A stretch of DNA of 64,000 bases from a virus (lineage: Duplodnaviria; Caudoviricetes): the IMG/VR virus record IMGVR_UViG_3300044796_000401. One strand, given 5' to 3'. The translations under genes and the position numbers were made by a program. A model generated the notes under the pieces. That model saw only the letters and a program-made list of their open reading frames with translations. It was not told where the DNA came from and did no database searches. This document shows positions 59,780-64,000 of this stretch, piece by piece (the first letter of the stretch is position 1; every line of letters begins with the position of its first letter).

Positions 59780-60550
59780 TTATTGGCGCGTGACTGGAAG
59801 GTTGATGCCCGGCGAGTACTTGTCGATCAGCGTTTGGACAAAATCGTTCAACAGGCGCTTTTTCCTGCCTCCGCTCACCCGCACATAGGCTGTGTCTTCA
59901 TCGTCGTAGGAGAAATATTCGACCAAACACGCATCGATGTTCAACTGGTCGGAAAGGCCCTCGATGAGGTAGGTTGGCTTATCATCCTGCGGGCGGCAGG
60001 TTTCCATAAGCAGTGCGAAACGTCCCCCGGAAAGCAGGGTGGTGTCGATGCCGATTCCCTTGAACCTGCGCGAGTCCACCTTGCGCTGCCAAAGCCCAAA
60101 TGGCCAGCGGTTAGGGTCGCCCGGACCAGCGCCGCGGCCCGGTCCACCAAACGGATCGGAAACATATCCTCGGTCGGTTCCCGATTCGTGAATCCATCCG
60201 CATCCGGTGTTATGCCCGTGGCAAATGTCGTGGTGCTTCTCGATTACCCGCATGAACCTTGTCTGCGACTCAAACGTGTCAAACCTCTTGCCATCGATGG
60301 TGATCGCCTTCCGTAGGGACAGTTCTTGCCATTTCGGGCTCTTAATTAGCTCTTCCACGCTCAAAAGCTCCGGGAGTTCCGGAGCCAGCAACTTGCGCTT
60401 GACCTCCTCGTCGCAGTCGAATGTCCACGCTTCGATGCCGAGGGACTCCAATGTCTTCCGGATGATAGGAAGATGCGGAGTATCGGGACGCACGATGCCC
60501 AGCAAAAAGACCGCTTTCTTGAAGGCCTCCCAGCAGCGCGGGCAGTACAT
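59780..60550 (-). CDS. Hypothetical protein
   Basis: Long ORF beginning MYCPRC. Confidence 0.5.
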   Translation of the reverse strand: MYCPRCWEAFKKAVFLLGIVRPDTPHLPIIRKTLESLGIEAWTFDCDEEVKRKLLAPELPELLSVEELIKSPKWQELSLRKAITIDGKRFDTFESQTRFMRVIEKHHDICHGHNTGCGWIHESGTDRGYVSDPFGGPGRGAGPGDPNRWPFGLWQRKVDSRRFKGIGIDTTLLSGGRFALLMETCRPQDDKPTYLIEGLSDQLNIDACLVEYFSYDDEDTAYVRVSGGRKKRLLNDFVQTLIDKYSPGINLPVTRQ

Positions 60551-60645
60551 CAGATAGTAATGATCCGGCCCAATGAAAGAAAGTCCCCGTTGAGCCAAGG
60601 CTGGTTCTACGGGACTGGTGCGCGCAAAACCCTGATCCCGTCTTC

Positions 60646-61668
60646 TCATACAGCTTCCGGCGCAGCCGCCGCGGCTTTCTTTTTCGCCGACCGCTCCTTG
60701 GCTTCTTTCGTCCGCGCCTCAACATCGGCGTGCCACTTGACCAATTCAGACTCAAAAGCTTCCGTGTTGATCTCCGGGGAGCAGATCAGGTACTCCTGCT
60801 GGTGGTTCCAGGCATCCTTCGAGCCGTTGATCGAATACCGAAAGGGAATTTCCAGCATTTTCTGGTTCTCATAAAGCTTCTCGATTGGTTTGCAGATGTC
60901 GTACGATATGATCCAGTTGGTTCGAGCGCCAAGCACAGCCGCTAAACGTTCGTGCTCAAAATCCTTCATCGCTACGGGGTACAAAGCTTTTCCCTTAACA
61001 TAGTAAGGGGCATCTAGATACATCGGGGCGTTTTTCGGTATGCCGGGCAGCCAATCCCAGATGTCGGCATCGCTGACAGTCATCCGTCCGCGGAGGAGGG
61101 TGCGGAGGTTGCGCACCTTCTCGACCAGGAGCGGCGCGTTGAAGCGGCAGTCGATAACCCACTTCGACCGTTGGAAGTACCCGCCGATGGGCTGGGACAT
61201 AGCGATACCGGAAAAACAAGTACGGTTGAAAAAGATGGCGTAGAACGCACGTTCTACCAGTGTCGCCGGGGGATTGGTGCGAAGCTGGCGAAAGTACCGT
61301 ACTTTCGCGCAGTACTGGTCCTCCCCCTCGGTGTCCAATGGGCCTCCTTGGATCATCGGGAAATTCAGTATTAGGTTTTCGAGTTCGGCGGCTTCCTCGT
61401 CCGTGCCGTTGGCGATCAGTTCCCAGAACCCGCTGATGGTTGGGTCCTTATCGGTGACGAATATTCTCTTTTCGGGGAACTGGATGGCGACGGCGAGGGA
61501 GACCGCGGCGGAGCCAACGAATCCCTCGTAGAAAACCTCCCCACTCTGGGCGAGCGGGTACAGCAACGCCAAAAAGGCTGGGTTGATTATGAGCTTGCTT
61601 TTGCCACCCGGATAACGGAACGGCTGGTAGTTTTTAACGGTAGCGATAGACGCAGATTTCTTCGCCAA
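60646..61668 (-). CDS. Dam-like (D12 class) DNA adenine methyltransferase
   Basis: FRYPGGKSK, EGFVGSAAV, FFNRTCFSG, YLDAPYY. Confidence 0.9.
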   Translation of the reverse strand: MAKKSASIATVKNYQPFRYPGGKSKLIINPAFLALLYPLAQSGEVFYEGFVGSAAVSLAVAIQFPEKRIFVTDKDPTISGFWELIANGTDEEAAELENLILNFPMIQGGPLDTEGEDQYCAKVRYFRQLRTNPPATLVERAFYAIFFNRTCFSGIAMSQPIGGYFQRSKWVIDCRFNAPLLVEKVRNLRTLLRGRMTVSDADIWDWLPGIPKNAPMYLDAPYYVKGKALYPVAMKDFEHERLAAVLGARTNWIISYDICKPIEKLYENQKMLEIPFRYSINGSKDAWNHQQEYLICSPEINTEAFESELVKWHADVEARTKEAKERSAKKKAAAAAPEAV

Positions 61669-61698
61669 GCGGGGCTCCCTCCAACAGGACTCGCCTGA

Positions 61699-62094
61699 CT
61701 AATACTGCGCCGCAACGCCTTTGGCCCGTTTGGAACGGGCCTTCAGGGAATGTTCCCACAGCACCATAGCGTTCCAGCCCATCCTGCGGTATTCCTCCAA
61801 AACCTCGGCGTCCCGGGCCTTGTTGCGGGCAAGCTTGGCGGACCAGAATCCCGCGTTGGATTCCGGCACGGTGCCGTGCTCGGGGCAGGCATGCCAGAAG
61901 CACCCGTGGACGAACACGGCGGTCCTGCGGCGCTTGTTGAAGTAGTCCGGTCGGCCGGGGAGCCCGGACTCGCCCCTGCGGAGCCTGCATCCGGCGATCC
62001 GCTCCGCCTCGGCCTTGGCGGAAAGCTCCAGCTTGGACACGGAGCGTATCCTCGCCATGAGGCGGCTGCGCTGCTTTTTCGTGAGGAAGTCCAT
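61699..62094 (-). CDS. vsr: Very short patch repair endonuclease
   Basis: MDFLTKKQRSRLMARIRS, LPGRPD, FVHGCFWHAC, FWSAKL.RN..RD, VLWE. Confidence 0.92.
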   Translation of the reverse strand: MDFLTKKQRSRLMARIRSVSKLELSAKAEAERIAGCRLRRGESGLPGRPDYFNKRRRTAVFVHGCFWHACPEHGTVPESNAGFWSAKLARNKARDAEVLEEYRRMGWNAMVLWEHSLKARSKRAKGVAAQY

Positions 62095-62168
62095 TATGCT
62101 TCTAGGAATCTCCCCGATAGTGTACTCCGAAAACCGCTAAATGGCAAGGCGACAAGTATTAATACCCG

Positions 62169-62462
62169 ATGATGGTCTACGGAAGCGTATGCAGCGGGAT
62201 AGAGGCGGCCACGGTCGCTTGGGAGCCCCTCGGCTGGAAGGCCGCGTGGCTCAGCGAGATCGAGCCGTTCCCGAACGCGGTGCTGGCATATCGATTCCCG
62301 AACATTCCCAATCTGGGAGGAAACGACAATCGGGGGGAAAATAGCGTCCGCGCATCGCTTTTTCATGCGTTCCGCAACATCCGGATAGAGGTCGATCCCG
62401 ATGAATCGCCTACCGAGCTTGATGCTCAGCCTTCATGTGACAAGGCTGACAAAGTCCGATAA
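62169..62462 (+). pseudogene. dcm: Truncated DNA (cytosine-5) methyltransferase
   Basis: SVCSGIEAATVAWEPLGW....SEIEPFPNAVL..RFPNIPNLG (motif I region) stops after about 50 aa; no PCQ catalytic motif. Confidence 0.8.
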
Positions 62463-62775
62463 GGTTGTCTCTGCTATTTGCTTCAGCCGCAGTCTCAAAT
62501 AAGCGAAACGGCTTAATGCGGTGAACGGGTAAGCTGCTCCCAAGGTAGGCGGGACAGTGGCTACACTTTCCTCCCTGTTCAGTCACCACAACACGACGAA
62601 TGGCCTTCCAGCCCCTTCCGCGATACGTTTTAGGGCCGCCAACCCAGTCGGGAGAGTTTTCTCCGCTACAGTACTCCCGCCAATGAGCGGTCTTACATTC
62701 AAAAGAGCAGAATTCTCCGCTGTGTCCGTTGTGTAATCTCCATTCCTTTTTCTCAAAGACCGCCTTACAGTATTT
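62410..62775 (-). pseudogene. HNH endonuclease lacking a start codon (not in ORF track)
   Basis: EFCSFECK..W.GG...GWKAIRR..CSHC...VHRIKPF..NLIGLCQPCHMKAE; in-frame TGA directly upstream. Confidence 0.7.
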
Positions 62776-62779
62776 TCAA

Positions 62780-63958
62780 TTACTTATAGGTTGGCCATGC
62801 AGTCGGTGTTGCCGCTGCTGCCTTGGTGCGTTTCTTGTATGGGCGGCGCTGCTTTGGCACAGGCAGACCCTTCTCGAAGCATTCGCCAAGTTGCTTCAGG
62901 CGGTTGCGGAACCTCGAAAATTCGCCGCCGCTGACTTCCATGAATTTGGCCGCATCGCCGATGGTGCCCGTGGATTCCAGTGCTTCAAGAGCCGGATAAA
63001 CGGACGGGTCAACATTCTCCACGAACTGCTTGAACTCGTTCGTGTACAGGCGGTCGTCGTGCTGCTTGGCGAGCCGGGTGGTCTGGCTTGCCAGATAGTT
63101 GCTGCTGGCGTGTATGAACTCGTCGCTGGTTCCCCCGCGGCGCTCCTTCGACTCGTCGGGGTCGGAGCCGAACGAGATGTTGCCGGGGCGGAGCACGGGG
63201 TTCTTGCTGCGCTTGCTCTGCACCGTCAAGAATTTGTTGCCGAGGATGTTGTTCACGTAGTTGCGGAAGCGGCGCTCGCTCGCTCCGTACTGCTGGAGCG
63301 GATCGAACGTCTCGATAATGTCGGTGCATCCCCGCGGGCGGCCGTTAGCGCCGGGACGGCGGTGCTTCGAGCTTTGCGGCAGGTAGCGGAGGTGGATGAG
63401 CAGGTCTTGCGTCCAGTCCTCGACCTCGTCGTCGACCTGGAACCGGTTCAGGCGCTTCTTCACCCATGTCAGGACGTACTCCGGCCTCCATGCGTAGAAC
63501 TCGTCGAAGTTGTTGGGGACGATGAACCGCTTCCCCGCGGGCTTTTTCAGTTCGTCCTCGTCCATGAAATGCCCGGACTCCGTCACGATGAACGGGTCGC
63601 CGGTGTAGGGAACGTCCGGAGCCGCTGGCGCTACAGGAATGCCGTCCTCCGGCGTCTCGGCGGCGGGTTCCTCGGCCTGCGCACTGATGGCCGCTTGGGC
63701 GGTCTTCAGGCACCACGACCCCTCGTGGTTGGCGGCGATCCGGGATAGCTGGCGCTGGATTTCGTGCTGCCACTCGTAGCTCTTGCTCGTCTTTTTGCGG
63801 TGCGGGCAAAAAATATCCGGGCAGTCCTGGGGCTGGCGCTCCAGTGCGATCTGGTAGATTTCCTTGACCCGTTTCGGACCTTCGGTCAAGGCTTCTGTGA
63901 TAAGACGATTGAATTTTGCAATTGATGCTGGCGGCTGTGCGACTGTATCTTCTGCCAT
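62780..63958 (-). CDS. Sigma70/ECF-like phage transcription factor with N-terminal extension
   Basis: DEVEDWTQDLLIHL and FRNYVNNILGN resemble region 2; TIGDAAKFMEVSGGEFSRFRNRL resembles the region 4 HTH. Confidence 0.55.
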   Translation of the reverse strand: MAEDTVAQPPASIAKFNRLITEALTEGPKRVKEIYQIALERQPQDCPDIFCPHRKKTSKSYEWQHEIQRQLSRIAANHEGSWCLKTAQAAISAQAEEPAAETPEDGIPVAPAAPDVPYTGDPFIVTESGHFMDEDELKKPAGKRFIVPNNFDEFYAWRPEYVLTWVKKRLNRFQVDDEVEDWTQDLLIHLRYLPQSSKHRRPGANGRPRGCTDIIETFDPLQQYGASERRFRNYVNNILGNKFLTVQSKRSKNPVLRPGNISFGSDPDESKERRGGTSDEFIHASSNYLASQTTRLAKQHDDRLYTNEFKQFVENVDPSVYPALEALESTGTIGDAAKFMEVSGGEFSRFRNRLKQLGECFEKGLPVPKQRRPYKKRTKAAAATPTAWPTYK

Positions 63959-64000
63959 GGGCCTCCGACAACCACGAGGTAATTAGGGATGCTGTGGCCC

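Noticed and set aside
1-64000. Alternative genetic code or in-window targets for the gapped guides
   Set aside because: Recognisable genes translate fully with code 11. I saw no gapped target by eye, but only a computed search can exclude one.

Overview
This window looks like part of a large lytic phage genome. There are no core housekeeping operons, ORFs are small and densely packed, and a phage-type promoter motif recurs. The Clp genes suggest an Acidobacteriota host (inference). Bases 1-31 kb are mostly + strand early-type genes and 39.5-64 kb is mostly - strand. Three separate RNA-guided modules are visible. (1) A type I-C CRISPR-Cas locus (cas8c/cas11, cas7, 11 repeats) whose cas4 survives only as a fragment fused to a mobile endonuclease tail. 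(2) The most striking element: a solo RAMP/Cas7-like gene (8848-9423) followed by a non-coding array of 7 conserved ~50-nt structured repeats alternating with 10-14 GAY-NN pentamers, closed by a terminator. This resembles a VIPR-type gapped-guide system, but with GAY rather than GGY. (3) An internally deleted IS200/IS605 element reduced to a promoter plus a putative TnpB omega-RNA. The rest comprises three polyvalent proteins (PPase-RelA/SpoT; 2H-phosphoesterase-ART-ART; ParB-ART-NUDIX) with a K-x-A motif at domain borders, about 11 homing-endonuclease-like genes or remnants, three inteins, an IS1595-associated methylase/nuclease pair, dam/vsr/broken dcm, many proteases and chaperones, glycan enzymes and a sigma-like factor. 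All family assignments come from motif recognition by eye; no database searches were run.
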